Positions 29,517-40,392 of a DNA stretch of 61,635 bases are shown piece by piece. Each line of letters opens with the position of its first letter. Position 1 is the first letter of the stretch. The notes beneath the pieces are model-generated. The model searched no databases. It saw only the letters and a program-made list of their open reading frames with translations, and was not told where the DNA came from. Position numbers and translations under genes: made by a program. The stretch is from an uncultured Spirochaetales bacterium (GTDB lineage Bacteria; Spirochaetota; Spirochaetia; SP-2023; CAYRNA01): positions 1 through 61,635 of the forward strand of contig CAYRNA010000003.1 of assembly GCA_964425555.1 (NCBI GenBank), written 5' to 3'.

Positions 29517-31679
29517 ATGAGCAAGGCTTCATCTTATTTAGAAGGCTTAAATACAGCGCAGCATGAAGCCGTCACCCACGGTTCTTCTCCCCTCCTTGTT
29601 TTAGCAGGAGCTGGGAGCGGAAAAACTCGTGTCCTTACAAGTCGTATCGCTTATTTAATTGAGCATTACGACTTCAAACCTTATCAAATTCTTGCTCTAA
29701 CCTTTACGAACAAAGTTGCGAAAGAGATGAAAGAACGTGTGGCAGCCCAATATTCGGGAGATTTTTCTGCCATTGATGGCAATGAACTTTTCATCACTAC
29801 TTTTCATTCTTTTGGAGCATGGTTTTTGCGCCGTTTTGGTCATACAATAGGTCTCAAAAGAAATTTTGCAATTTATGACGACAAAGACAGTTTGGCTTTA
29901 CTCAAGAAAATTATTGGCAAAGATTTGGCAAACAATGAAATTAAGTCATTCGCTCATTGCATTGCTCGTGCCAAAGAAGAGGGTCTCACGCATGAGCACG
30001 ACCTCTCCCACCTCACTCGCAGAGAAGAAATTTACCCCATCTTCCAAAAATACACCGAAGCTCTCAAGCAAATTGGCAATGTTGATTTCAGCGACCTTAT
30101 CAACCTGCCGCTCCACATACTCAATACCCAGCCAGAGGTAAAAAACACCATTCATCGTCGCTTCAAAGCCATTCTTGTGGATGAATATCAGGATACTAAT
30201 GTCGCCCAGTTTCACTTATTGCAACAATTGTATCACAAGCAATCGTGGTTGTCCGTGGTGGGAGACGATGATCAGTCCATCTACGGTTTCCGTGGTGCTA
30301 TGGTGGAAAATATCTTAAAATTCCCCGACTTGTTTCAAGAAACCAAAGTGATCACCTTGAGCGAAAATTATCGCTCAACTCCTTATATCATCAAGGCTGC
30401 CAACGACGTCATCGCAAACAATGAAAATCGCATGGCGAAAACGATGGCTCCCGTTCATCTTGACGGCGAAAAACTCACACTCCATGACTTTGACAGCGCC
30501 GAAGAAGAAGCTACATTCTGTGCTGCGAGATTGCAGGGCTTGCCTTCCACTCAAACGGCTGCGATACTCTATAGAACCAACGCCCAGTCTCGTGCGCTAG
30601 AGCAATGCTTCACCAAATTAGGCATCAAGTATCGCTTGATTGGCAATTTGAGTTTTTTTAAGCGCCAAGAAGTGAAGGATGTCCTCTCTTATTTAATCCT
30701 GCTCAGCAATCCCAATGATTACATTTCTTTTCTTCGCATCATCAACAAACCCGCTCGTTCTCTAGGGCCACAGAGTGTGGGGAAAATATTCAATTTACTC
30801 GATGAAAGCGATCATAATGTATTAACGGCATGCCAATTAGCGCTAGAAAGTTTTACAGGAAATAGGAAAAAGGGGCTGAGCAAATTCATTGATTTTTATA
30901 AAAGCTGGCAAAATCTCGAAGTCAACAATCTCGGTGAACTCATAGAATGCATCATTAATGACAGTGGCTTATTGAAACTTTATCAAGACATAGACGACAT
31001 GGATTCTACGCATAGAGTGGCCAATTTGAACGAGCTTCTTATTATAGGGCAAGCCTATCAAAATAACCAAGACGATTTAATTTCATTCTTGGAAAAGATA
31101 GAACTCAATCAGAACGTACAAGAAGACGAACAGGCGCAGATTTCTTTGATTACCGTGCATAACACAAAAGGCCTAGAATATGATCACGTCATCATTACGG
31201 GCATGGAAGACGGTTTGTTTCCCAGTCAGCGTAGCACTTTGCCCAGTGAAATAGAAGAAGAAAGGCGGCTCTTTTATGTCGCAATGACAAGGGCAAAAAC
31301 GGTACTAGATCTATCTTATAGTCATTCACGCTTTCATTTTGGACATTATCAATACAATGAGCCTTCTCGTTTCTTGCAAGAAATCCCCAGCGAGTACATT
31401 CAAAATCCCCAGCGCCTCAAAGCTGTTCGTAAAAGCAGGCAAGAACCGCAATATATTCCTGTCAATATTCCCATAAAGCAAAAAAAACTCAATCAAAAGC
31501 TAGCTTATCCTAAAGGTACTAAAATCTATCACGATGATTACGGCGAAGGTTACGTCCTAAAAAGCAAAATAGAAAAGAACCTTGAAGTGATCAATATCCG
31601 TTTCGTATCAGGCAAACAGATTACCCTAATACCCGAGTTCCAGAGTCATTCCATCACGAAAATAGAAGAGAATTGGTAG
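29517..31679 (+). CDS. pcrA: ATP-dependent DNA helicase PcrA/UvrD
   Basis: AGAGSGKT, LVDEYQDTN, ENYRST, VHNTKGLEYD, YVAMTRAK helicase motifs. Confidence 0.92.
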   Translation: MSKASSYLEGLNTAQHEAVTHGSSPLLVLAGAGSGKTRVLTSRIAYLIEHYDFKPYQILALTFTNKVAKEMKERVAAQYSGDFSAIDGNELFITTFHSFGAWFLRRFGHTIGLKRNFAIYDDKDSLALLKKIIGKDLANNEIKSFAHCIARAKEEGLTHEHDLSHLTRREEIYPIFQKYTEALKQIGNVDFSDLINLPLHILNTQPEVKNTIHRRFKAILVDEYQDTNVAQFHLLQQLYHKQSWLSVVGDDDQSIYGFRGAMVENILKFPDLFQETKVITLSENYRSTPYIIKAANDVIANNENRMAKTMAPVHLDGEKLTLHDFDSAEEEATFCAARLQGLPSTQTAAILYRTNAQSRALEQCFTKLGIKYRLIGNLSFFKRQEVKDVLSYLILLSNPNDYISFLRIINKPARSLGPQSVGKIFNLLDESDHNVLTACQLALESFTGNRKKGLSKFIDFYKSWQNLEVNNLGELIECIINDSGLLKLYQDIDDMDSTHRVANLNELLIIGQAYQNNQDDLISFLEKIELNQNVQEDEQAQISLITVHNTKGLEYDHVIITGMEDGLFPSQRSTLPSEIEEERRLFYVAMTRAKTVLDLSYSHSRFHFGHYQYNEPSRFLQEIPSEYIQNPQRLKAVRKSRQEPQYIPVNIPIKQKKLNQKLAYPKGTKIYHDDYGEGYVLKSKIEKNLEVINIRFVSGKQITLIPEFQSHSITKIEENW

Positions 31680-31681
31680 CA

Positions 31682-32443
31682 ATGAAACACCACATACCAA
31701 CAATTAAACGCGCCCGAGAATACCATTTATACGCCACCGATCAGAAACGTTATTTAGATCTTTACCAGGACAAGGGTGCCAATTTAATGGGTTCACGGCC
31801 CAACGGCTACGCTTTATCCATTAAAAACACCATAGAAACAGGTCTCTATGCCGCTTACCCTTCCGTGTGGATAGAGCGCTTTCAGCAGGCCATTCGTTGC
31901 TATTTTCCGCAATGCCAATCCGTGGCGCTATGCACAGGGCTTGACCAACTCCAGCGATTAACACAAAAAACAAATATCATTGAAAGCTTTAGCGCCGATA
32001 GCACACCGACGAGCAATGACATTATCCGTTGGCATCCCTTTACGCACGTTGATGAGGAATTATGGCTCGTTCAACTGCCTAGCCCTGGCATTGCCTCCTC
32101 AGCCCTCTTTATTATTTGCTCCAAAAATCAGAATCCGCAATTCAAGGAAACTTTATACGACATCCCTGCATTTTTTCTTGCGGCCTTAACAAAAAGTATT
32201 TATTTGTTAAAGCGGTGGGAAAACAAAGTCGATAAAAGTGTTTGGAAGGCGCCACTCTTATCTGGATTATGGGAAAGAAGAGGCGATGATCCTTATTTAT
32301 TTCCGCTTTGTAGCCGATCGGAATATGAGCAAATTTTTATTGATTTTTTGAAGCGTGGAGTCGTAATTTCTCCAAGCTACGATTTTCCAAGTTTAGCACC
32401 GTCTGTGCTAAGTCCAGGAGATCATAAATTATTTAGCCTATAG
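31682..32443 (+). CDS. short HemL-like (class III aminotransferase fold) protein lacking the PLP-lysine core
   Basis: N-terminus IKRAREYHLYATDQKRYLDL..GANLMG and C-terminus FLKRGVVISPSYDF resemble the two ends of glutamate-1-semialdehyde aminomutase. It is only 253 aa. ATG 31682 lies 2 nt after the pcrA stop. Confidence 0.45.
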   Translation: MKHHIPTIKRAREYHLYATDQKRYLDLYQDKGANLMGSRPNGYALSIKNTIETGLYAAYPSVWIERFQQAIRCYFPQCQSVALCTGLDQLQRLTQKTNIIESFSADSTPTSNDIIRWHPFTHVDEELWLVQLPSPGIASSALFIICSKNQNPQFKETLYDIPAFFLAALTKSIYLLKRWENKVDKSVWKAPLLSGLWERRGDDPYLFPLCSRSEYEQIFIDFLKRGVVISPSYDFPSLAPSVLSPGDHKLFSL

Positions 32444-32503
32444 TTCCAATCATATTCAGTGGTAATGAATTCCTTTCGTCAATGAATACATACTTGAAAG
32501 AGG

Positions 32504-32806
32504 TTGATGATGAATATCAGCGAATTTGGTTTAACTGTTTTATTATATTTACTCTTGACGTGGGCCTCAATTGCTGCTGCTATGGTTTTTTTGCGTACTT
32601 ATGATTTTGCTTGGTTCTTACTTTCCTTCAGTATTCTCGGATTTTACTGCCAACAAGTCTACAATTTGTTACTTGAGATTGGTATAATCTCCTCTAGTAC
32701 TCCTTTTTTTGCAACAAATTGGTCACTCATTGTCATACAAACGCTACCCTTTATTACTCTAACGACAAGCGTTGTTATTTTTTATTCTCGAACTAAAAAT
32801 TATTAA
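32504..32806 (+). CDS. small integral membrane protein (about 3 TM)
   Basis: Hydrophobic 100-aa ORF, very AT-rich. Confidence 0.5.
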   Translation: MMMNISEFGLTVLLYLLLTWASIAAAMVFLRTYDFAWFLLSFSILGFYCQQVYNLLLEIGIISSSTPFFATNWSLIVIQTLPFITLTTSVVIFYSRTKNY

Positions 32807-33453
32807 TGCAGTATTATAAAAGAATTAATAGTGTCTTTTTTCTATCTCTATTTTTGGTATTTTATTTATTTTATTCTCTTGTAATACGATACACTACTTT
32901 TATTTATTTAGAAATTTATATCATAGCCTCCTACTATATTTATTTATGCTATGAAAGAAGGCATAAAAATAACCACAAATATATACTGGCATCTTTGCTG
33001 TGTATTTTTTGCTTGTGGCAAAACTTCGATGCTTCTTTTGTCTTAGAGGAAGCTGGATCACCATTCATTCATGTTCCCTTATCCTTATTGCTTCTCTCTC
33101 TCGTTATCATTCTTTGGCTCAATAATAAAGAACTACACTTTGCCTTTGTATTAGTTCCAGTCAGTCTTTCTCTCATAATGCTCTACCCTTCTTCTGCTAA
33201 CAATCATGTTTACGCCCTGCTTTTTCTCATAGATGGTTTTTTGAGCCTATCGAAAAACATCCAAAGCTATAATCTTTATTCATTCTTTATTCATTTAAGA
33301 ATATGGGTAGATTTTGTCATTGCTATCTTAATTATTTTATTCAGCCAGTTTGACCTCAATCCTCGTCAGGAAATATTTTTATTTTTTAGCACAGCCTTTA
33401 TTATTACTATCTTTATCACCTTCTTTTACTTCGTATTCATACAAAAACAATAA
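32806..33453 (+). CDS. integral membrane protein (about 6-7 TM)
   Basis: 215-aa polytopic ORF. TAATG overlap with the preceding ORF. Confidence 0.55.
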   Translation: MQYYKRINSVFFLSLFLVFYLFYSLVIRYTTFIYLEIYIIASYYIYLCYERRHKNNHKYILASLLCIFCLWQNFDASFVLEEAGSPFIHVPLSLLLLSLVIILWLNNKELHFAFVLVPVSLSLIMLYPSSANNHVYALLFLIDGFLSLSKNIQSYNLYSFFIHLRIWVDFVIAILIILFSQFDLNPRQEIFLFFSTAFIITIFITFFYFVFIQKQ

Positions 33454-33499
33454 CTTCAAGCATTTTTTATTAGACAATATAAAAAAAAGAATAAACAGA

Positions 33500-33528
33500 T
33501 TGACAGAAGCGCTTAAGAATTATATACT
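33500..33528 (+). promoter_or_regulatory. sigma70-like promoter of the tRNA pair
   Basis: TTGACA (33500-33505), 17-nt spacer, TATACT (33523-33528), about 20 nt before tRNA-Thr. Confidence 0.5.
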
Positions 33529-33549
33529 TTTACAAAAAGAGTGAAAAAC

Positions 33550-33623
33550 GCCTTCTTAGCTCAGCTGGTCAGAGCACGTGATTTGTAATCTCGGGGTCGT
33601 CAGTTCGAATCTGACAGAGGGCT
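33550..33623 (+). tRNA. tRNA-Thr (anticodon UGU)
   Basis: Hand-folded cloverleaf. Acceptor GCCTTCT/AGAGGGC, D arm GCTC..GAGC, anticodon loop TTTGTAA, T arm GTCAG-TTCGAAT-CTGAC. One U-U mismatch in the anticodon stem. CCA not encoded. Confidence 0.9.
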
Positions 33624-33626
33624 TAT

Positions 33627-33707
<81 letters not shown>

Positions 33708-33848
33708 TCTTTTTTTTATATCTTAGGTTTTATTATGTTAAAATATTTTATCCTATGAATATTTGGCGATAAGTGTCGAATATCTAATTACACAGTCAAC
33801 TGAAGTATTGTTTGATTAAAATATAAAGAGTAATGTTAGGGAAAAGAT

Positions 33849-34709
33849 ATGAAAGTAAAAGCATGGGGTACTCGTGGTTCGTTGCCTATCTTTTATACAC
33901 AGGATCAATCAGGTTGTGAGTATATAGGTGGAAATACCTCTTGTTATGAAATCATTATTGATGATGGCAATCACGTAGTCATAGACGCAGGTTCGGGCTT
34001 CTTCCCACTCGGTCAAGACTGGTACAAAGAAAAACACCGTAAAGATCAGATAGATTTATTTTTTACACATTTTCATTACGACCATTTAAATGGGTTCATG
34101 TTTTTTGATCCTTTCTTTCAAGCTAAATTTAAAACAAATATATTTTCTCCCTTCAAAGAAATGAACAAAGTCCTTGATCAATTGCATCATGAGCCTTATT
34201 CTCCCATTCCCATATCAGCGATTTTTGAGCAAAAGCCTCATTATACAATACTTGAAGGTGGACAATATCAACTTTCAGATGATGTACAGATTTTTTGGCG
34301 ATTAAACAATCACCCTGGCGACAGTTACAGCTATAAAATTGTGTCCAAAAATAAAAGCATCATTATTGCGACAGATATAGAATTAACTGAAAACGACTTT
34401 AAACGGACACAACAGAATTGTGATTTTTTCCAAGATGCGGATCTTATTATAATTGATGGTCAGTTCAATCAAAAAGAAGTTCAGACTTCCAAGAAAGGCT
34501 GGGGACATTCTTCTAAAGAAGATGGACTGCGATTGGCCGCATTGTATAATATCCAAACGATTGCGTTTACACATCACGATATTAAAAGTTCTGACAAAGA
34601 TATTTATCGAGACTTTCAAAAGCTACTCAAATTGGAAGAAGAATTTATAGAAAAAAATAATATTCATGCTACCTTGATGAAAGATTTTGATGTTATTGAT
34701 GTTGGTTAA
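33849..34709 (+). CDS. MBL-fold metallo-hydrolase
   Basis: WGTRGS, GGNTSCY, THFHYDH metal-binding motif. Confidence 0.8.
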   Translation: MKVKAWGTRGSLPIFYTQDQSGCEYIGGNTSCYEIIIDDGNHVVIDAGSGFFPLGQDWYKEKHRKDQIDLFFTHFHYDHLNGFMFFDPFFQAKFKTNIFSPFKEMNKVLDQLHHEPYSPIPISAIFEQKPHYTILEGGQYQLSDDVQIFWRLNNHPGDSYSYKIVSKNKSIIIATDIELTENDFKRTQQNCDFFQDADLIIIDGQFNQKEVQTSKKGWGHSSKEDGLRLAALYNIQTIAFTHHDIKSSDKDIYRDFQKLLKLEEEFIEKNNIHATLMKDFDVIDVG

Positions 34710-34785
34710 TAACAAGATATCAAGATAAACAACAGCTTGGCATATTCTACTTGCATTTATTCCTTCCCTCTATATATTAAGGTGC

Positions 34786-35829
34786 ATGCCTATGACTAAA
34801 AAAAAACTTTTTTCTAGTATTTTCATCTTTATTATCATTGCTGGTTTGACAACATTTATATTGATGCTACCAAGCTTTCCCCTGCTCTCTCAAAATGAAG
34901 AAGCCATAGAATTTAGTGTTGTCGAGGGTGAAAGCATGTATTCTGTGGTAAAAAACCTAGAAGGGAACGCAGAAATTCATCCGCTTTTTCCTCTTTACCT
35001 TAACGTTTATTCTCGCCTTAAGGGAACAACAGATGACATCAAGCCTGGTACATGGCAAATTACATCAGAAACACTTTTCAACGATTTTTATCACGAATTG
35101 CTGTCTGGCAATGAAGTATTAATTACCATCACAATTCCGCCAGGTTGGCCTACATCTAAAGTTGTCGCGCGACTAGAAGCCGCCAACTATGGAACAAAAC
35201 AAGAGATTCAAGATGCTATTGAAAACTTTGACTTTACGCCCTACGGTTTTCCTGGCTTAAAAAATGCCCAAGGCTACTTATTTCCAGAAACCTATATTGT
35301 ATCCCAAAGCTATAGTATAAGCCAAATTATCGACGTATTTGTGAGTCAATTTTTCGACGAACTCGCAGAAATCTCTCCCGATTATAGCAATTTAACGTCA
35401 GAGCAGTTAAATGAAAAAGTCACACTGGCTTCCATCGTTGAGGGAGAATATAGACAGGCGGTTGAAGCACCGCTTATCGCATCCGTATTTTACAACAGAT
35501 TAGAAGAGAATTGGCCTCTGCAATCTTGTGCAACAATTTTATACGTGTTGGAAGAAGAATATAATCGCCCCCATAAAACGAGAATTTTCTACTCGGATTT
35601 AGAGATAGAATCCGATTTTAATACCTACAAAAATACAGGATTGCCGCCCTTACCTATTAACAGCCCTGGCAGAATTGCACTTCAAGCGAGCTTCCATCCT
35701 GAAGAAAGCGATTCATTTTTCTTCGTCGTCGATAATACTCGCCCTGGATTTCATACGTTTACGAACAACTACACTGATCACCAAACTGCGGCGGCGGCTT
35801 ATATTTCAAGCTTTATAGCCAAAGATTAG
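34786..35829 (+). CDS. mltG: endolytic murein transglycosylase MltG (YceG)
   Basis: N-terminal TM segment, YLFPETY, LASIVEGE, VFYNRL, PLQSCATI, NTYKNTGLPP motifs. Confidence 0.88.
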   Translation: MPMTKKKLFSSIFIFIIIAGLTTFILMLPSFPLLSQNEEAIEFSVVEGESMYSVVKNLEGNAEIHPLFPLYLNVYSRLKGTTDDIKPGTWQITSETLFNDFYHELLSGNEVLITITIPPGWPTSKVVARLEAANYGTKQEIQDAIENFDFTPYGFPGLKNAQGYLFPETYIVSQSYSISQIIDVFVSQFFDELAEISPDYSNLTSEQLNEKVTLASIVEGEYRQAVEAPLIASVFYNRLEENWPLQSCATILYVLEEEYNRPHKTRIFYSDLEIESDFNTYKNTGLPPLPINSPGRIALQASFHPEESDSFFFVVDNTRPGFHTFTNNYTDHQTAAAAYISSFIAKD

Positions 35830-35830
35830 C

Positions 35831-37570
35831 ATGGATGTCAAGGAACAAATAAAAGAATCGCTTGCTATTGAAACAGTCATAGGCGAACACGTTAGTTTGC
35901 GCCCTAAAAATGGCCGATTATGGGGCTTGTGCCCTTTTCATAAAGAAAAAACACCTTCCTTTACGGTTTCTCCTGACATTGGAATTTTTCATTGCTTCGG
36001 TTGCAATAAAAGCGGCGATATTTTTACTTTTGTGCAAGAATACGATAATCTTTCGTTTAAAGAAGCTCTGGAGTTACTCGCACAGAAAGCCAACATAACA
36101 GTACCACAGTATCAAAAAAATCAGTCTCAAAATAATAGCCAGCAAGCTCTCAATGATCTTTATAATAGATTGAACCAAACATTTAAGCACTTGCTCAATA
36201 ATTCCCCCCAAGGAAAAATAGCATTAGAGTACGCATTGAAACGAACGGGTTCTGCCGAAATGGTTGAGACCTATGAACTCGGATACGCACCCAATTCTTA
36301 CACTTGGCTTTATGAATTCTTAAAAAAAAATAATTACACCGATGATTTCTTGAAAACCTCTGGTCTCTTTTCGCAAAGACGTTATCCCGCACCTCTCTTT
36401 AAAAATCGATTAATTTTCCCTGTTTCAAATTCTGCAGGCAACGCCATCGCTTTTAGTGCGCGCGCCCTCAACGAAGACCAACCTAAATATATTAATTCTC
36501 CTGAAACCACTATCTATAAGAAACGTAACACCCTTTATGGCTTGTCTCAAGCAATGAAAGCCATGAGAGAACACAAAGAAGTTTACTTGTGCGAAGGGAA
36601 TTTGGATGTCCTCGCACTCGCTCAAAGCGGCTTCGCCAACAGCGTTGCACCTCTGGGCACAGCCTTCACCAAAGAGCAGGCCGCCTACCTCGCTCGCTAT
36701 GTAACGAAAGTGAATATTGTCTTCGACGGAGATGCCGCTGGCGTAAATGCGTCATTAAAAGCAGCTTTAATCCTTGAAAATATTGACATAGATTGCTATA
36801 TAGTTCTTTTAGATGCTGATCAAGATCCTGCTTCTATTTTGGAAACAGAAGGAAAAACAGCCCTTGTAAAAAAGCTTGAGAAGAAGTTATTCGCTTATGA
36901 ATTTGTTATTCATTTTTATACAAAAGAGCACGGTATGGTAAGTTTACAGTCAAAACAAGAAATATATAAAGGTGTCAAGAATTATATAGAATCAATTCAT
37001 TCGCAACTAAAAAAAGAGCTTTATATAAAAGAACTCACAAAATTGCTTGACATATCTCATGAAGCTGTTAATATTGTAGGTTCTGACAAACCATCTAAAC
37101 TAGAAAACAAACGTGCGCAGACGCATAAAAAAGTCATCTCTATGAATGATGAACTTTATCTAATGGTTGCAGTTCTTTTAAATCCAGAATTTTTCTCATT
37201 GCTGATGAATCAATTGTCAATTAATCAATTGTCTGATTTTTATGCGATAGAAATTTTCGCCTATTTGAAGCAAAATTTACAAAAAGAATGGAGCCACGCA
37301 GACGTGTCTATAATACTCAATGATTTTGAGACCGATGAGGACTTAAAACAATTTTTGTACCAAAAGGCATCCATAGGTGAGTTTAATCAAGTGAACACAG
37401 AATTTATAGAAAGTTCTGTATTAAAGATAAAAAAAAGAAATTTGATGGATGAAATCAATCAATTGAAAATGAAAATTGTAACCGCAGAATCAAATAACGA
37501 TCAAGAAGCTATTTTAACATATTGTAAAAAACAGATTGATTTAGAATCACACCTAAAACGATTATTTTAG
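35831..37570 (+). CDS. dnaG: DNA primase
   Basis: Zinc finger [30 protein letters not shown] and Toprim EGNLDVLAL...FDGDAAG. Confidence 0.93.
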   Translation: MDVKEQIKESLAIETVIGEHVSLRPKNGRLWGLCPFHKEKTPSFTVSPDIGIFHCFGCNKSGDIFTFVQEYDNLSFKEALELLAQKANITVPQYQKNQSQNNSQQALNDLYNRLNQTFKHLLNNSPQGKIALEYALKRTGSAEMVETYELGYAPNSYTWLYEFLKKNNYTDDFLKTSGLFSQRRYPAPLFKNRLIFPVSNSAGNAIAFSARALNEDQPKYINSPETTIYKKRNTLYGLSQAMKAMREHKEVYLCEGNLDVLALAQSGFANSVAPLGTAFTKEQAAYLARYVTKVNIVFDGDAAGVNASLKAALILENIDIDCYIVLLDADQDPASILETEGKTALVKKLEKKLFAYEFVIHFYTKEHGMVSLQSKQEIYKGVKNYIESIHSQLKKELYIKELTKLLDISHEAVNIVGSDKPSKLENKRAQTHKKVISMNDELYLMVAVLLNPEFFSLLMNQLSINQLSDFYAIEIFAYLKQNLQKEWSHADVSIILNDFETDEDLKQFLYQKASIGEFNQVNTEFIESSVLKIKKRNLMDEINQLKMKIVTAESNNDQEAILTYCKKQIDLESHLKRLF

Positions 37571-37583
37571 GTTAGGAGCAACG

Positions 37584-39512
37584 ATGCCAGAAGACATTTT
37601 TTTGAGTAATGATGAGTTACTAGATCAAGATACAGAAGATCAAGAAGCAGTATTGGAGAGAGCCGTTGAAAAAATCTCTCAACTTGCTGATGCTCGTGGT
37701 CAGGTAAGTAAACAAGATATAATGGATTATCTCCCTGCCACTTTAAATTCTCCCGTTCACATAAAAAATGTGACCAAAAAATTGGAGAACGAATATCTCA
37801 TACAGGTGAAAGAACGTATAGAATCCGAGCCAGACTTTAGCCAGCCAGAGGATCTCAAGAATTCTGATGATAATCTCCCCTTCGTTGCGGACGATGACGA
37901 TGATGTCGCTATAGAAGAAGACATACCGCTCAGTTTTGATGAATTGCAACCTGAAGAAGAAAAAGAAACTCCAGTAGAAAAAAAGAAAATCTCTCTTAAT
38001 CAAAATGCGCAACTTTCAGACGATCCTGTAAAATTGTACTTAAAACAAATTGGTAAGGAAAAGCTCTTAACATCCAAGGAAGAGATTGAACTTTCTGAAA
38101 TGATGGAAAATGGCGAAAACATTATCAAGGAAATCTTGCACCAATCGGGCATTCTCATTCCCTCTATGCACGACCTCGCCAAACGCGCCTTCACACGTAA
38201 GCCTGCCCCCATTTCATTTAACAATGATCAGGTCTTCCACAACGAAGGAGATCAGGACGTTCATTCAGAGCGTCGACGCCTTAATCAGTACTACAAGAAC
38301 TCTCTCAGACCACTGTATTCTTCACTCAAACAATATATGGAATATAAGAGACAGTTGATTGAGCAAGATGGCGAAATAGAGCACGATGACAACCTCAAAC
38401 AACAGAGTGACGATTTGCGCCCTTCTCTACAAAAGATTGATTTATACCAAGAAGAAATTATTTACTTTGCGGATAAATTTATAGAAGCCGCAGAAAAAAT
38501 TAAGCATTTTAAAGAACGCCAACTGCATATTCAGCAAAAACTACAAATTGAGTCAATGAAAGAAATCCGTGAATTGGGCAGACAATTGATCACCAAAAAA
38601 ACAGCGGCGACGGTTGTCAAAAATTTGCATACGCCCATCGGTGAAATCAAAGACCTCATTCGTAAAGTTCAAATAATGGCACAAGAAACGAGGATGCTAG
38701 AATTAGAGTTTGAATCTAGTGTGGATAAAATTGTTGAAATGGCGAATGAAATGCAATTTGGCCGTGAAAAAATGAAAAAGGCTAAAAACAAACTCATTCA
38801 ATCAAACCTTAGATTGGTCGTAAGTATTGCGAAGAAATATACCAACAGAGGCTTGCATTTCATTGATCTTGTGCAAGAAGGAAACATTGGTTTAATCAAA
38901 GCCGTAGAAAAATTCGAGTACAAAAAAGGGTTTAAATTTTCAACCTACGCAACGTGGTGGATACGACAAGCCATTACACGCTCAATTTCTGATCAAGGTC
39001 GTACCATTAGAGTCCCCGTCCACATGATAGAACAGATCAACCGTGTGATACGTGCAACAAGATTATTGCAACAAAAATTGGACAGAGAACCGACAAACAA
39101 CGAATTGGCTGAACAGCTCGAATGGCCCTTGAATAAATTGAAAATTGTTCGCAGCATCTCCAATGAGCCGACCTCGCTAGAAACGCCTATAGGCGAAGAA
39201 GACGACTCGACTCTCGGTAGCTTTATCGAAGACAAAAACATCAAAAATCCTGTCGAAAAAACCGCCTTCACTCTTTTACAAGAAAGAATAGAGAGCGTGC
39301 TTTCCATCCTTCCCGAAAGAGAACAACAAGTCGTAAAAATGCGCTTTGGCTTGGAAGATGGTTACTCTTTAACCTTGGAAGAAGTGGGACTATATTTTGA
39401 TGTCACACGAGAAAGGATTAGACAAATTGAGGCAAAAGCTTTAAGACGCTTGAAAACTCCAAACAAACTCAGTAAACTGAAAGAATTCACAGAACAAGAA
39501 AATGGGATGTAA
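37584..39512 (+). CDS. rpoD: primary RNA polymerase sigma factor
   Basis: Acidic region 1, [27 protein letters not shown], region 4 [20 protein letters not shown]. dnaG-rpoD synteny. Confidence 0.95.
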   Translation: MPEDIFLSNDELLDQDTEDQEAVLERAVEKISQLADARGQVSKQDIMDYLPATLNSPVHIKNVTKKLENEYLIQVKERIESEPDFSQPEDLKNSDDNLPFVADDDDDVAIEEDIPLSFDELQPEEEKETPVEKKKISLNQNAQLSDDPVKLYLKQIGKEKLLTSKEEIELSEMMENGENIIKEILHQSGILIPSMHDLAKRAFTRKPAPISFNNDQVFHNEGDQDVHSERRRLNQYYKNSLRPLYSSLKQYMEYKRQLIEQDGEIEHDDNLKQQSDDLRPSLQKIDLYQEEIIYFADKFIEAAEKIKHFKERQLHIQQKLQIESMKEIRELGRQLITKKTAATVVKNLHTPIGEIKDLIRKVQIMAQETRMLELEFESSVDKIVEMANEMQFGREKMKKAKNKLIQSNLRLVVSIAKKYTNRGLHFIDLVQEGNIGLIKAVEKFEYKKGFKFSTYATWWIRQAITRSISDQGRTIRVPVHMIEQINRVIRATRLLQQKLDREPTNNELAEQLEWPLNKLKIVRSISNEPTSLETPIGEEDDSTLGSFIEDKNIKNPVEKTAFTLLQERIESVLSILPEREQQVVKMRFGLEDGYSLTLEEVGLYFDVTRERIRQIEAKALRRLKTPNKLSKLKEFTEQENGM

Positions 39513-39520
39513 GAACACGA

Positions 39521-40384
39521 ATGAAAACGATTTTTAGCAAACTGTACCAATTACAAAATGTTTTTGGCGATAAGTATAAACGATTAGACGAGATAGAAAA
39601 TCTCCCTCAAGCCTTAAATGACAAAGAAAATGTCATGGAACGCCTGTTGGCAAAACAGCTTGATGCTCAGAGCAAATTAGAACGCTTTGAAAAGCAACTC
39701 CTTGAAATAAAGCGTGAACGAAATGAGACCAACGCTAGAAAGCAAGAAATTGAAATGAACGTCGAGAAAGTTGAAAATCAAAGAGAATACGAAGCTCTTG
39801 ATAGAGAAATTCAAGACAACAACGACAAGTCTGCTCGCCTAAGAGTGGAAGGTTCACGTGTTGAAAAAGATCTTGAGAATATCAAAGAACAGATTGAGAT
39901 TAATACTGAATTACTAGAATCCACAGAATCAGAATTGAGTGCTTTACGTGAAGAAATTCATGCTAAAATTACCACAAGAGAAGATCAAATCGAAAATCTA
40001 AATAAGAAAATTGATGAAATCTCTGAGGGTATAGACAAAGAAATTTTATTTAAATTTGACCGTATTATCAAAAACAAGAAAAACAAGGGTCTTGTGCCTC
40101 TCAGTAATGGTTATTGTTCTGGGTGTAACATGATTTTATCTGCAAACTTCATCAACGAAGTCAGAAAGCAGAATGAAATTTATTTTTGTCCCTATTGTAG
40201 CCGTGTTCTTTATTATGAAGATAATGCGCAAAATTCAATGATAGATTTTGGTGCTTCTGATGATGGAGAAGGCAACGATAATTCTCTCAACGACTTTATG
40301 GATGATGACTTAAATGACGAAGACGAAATTGGTGGCTTGGCAGATCTTGCCGTTGATATAGACTTCGGTGATTTTGACGAATAG
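39521..40384 (+). CDS. coiled-coil zinc-ribbon protein (COG1579/DUF164-like) with an acidic C-terminal tail
   Basis: Long coiled coil, CSGCNMIL...CPYCSRVLY zinc ribbon, then 54 aa with 20 Asp/Glu and no Lys/Arg. Confidence 0.75.
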   Translation: MKTIFSKLYQLQNVFGDKYKRLDEIENLPQALNDKENVMERLLAKQLDAQSKLERFEKQLLEIKRERNETNARKQEIEMNVEKVENQREYEALDREIQDNNDKSARLRVEGSRVEKDLENIKEQIEINTELLESTESELSALREEIHAKITTREDQIENLNKKIDEISEGIDKEILFKFDRIIKNKKNKGLVPLSNGYCSGCNMILSANFINEVRKQNEIYFCPYCSRVLYYEDNAQNSMIDFGASDDGEGNDNSLNDFMDDDLNDEDEIGGLADLAVDIDFGDFDE

Positions 40385-40392
40385 TTTTTTAT

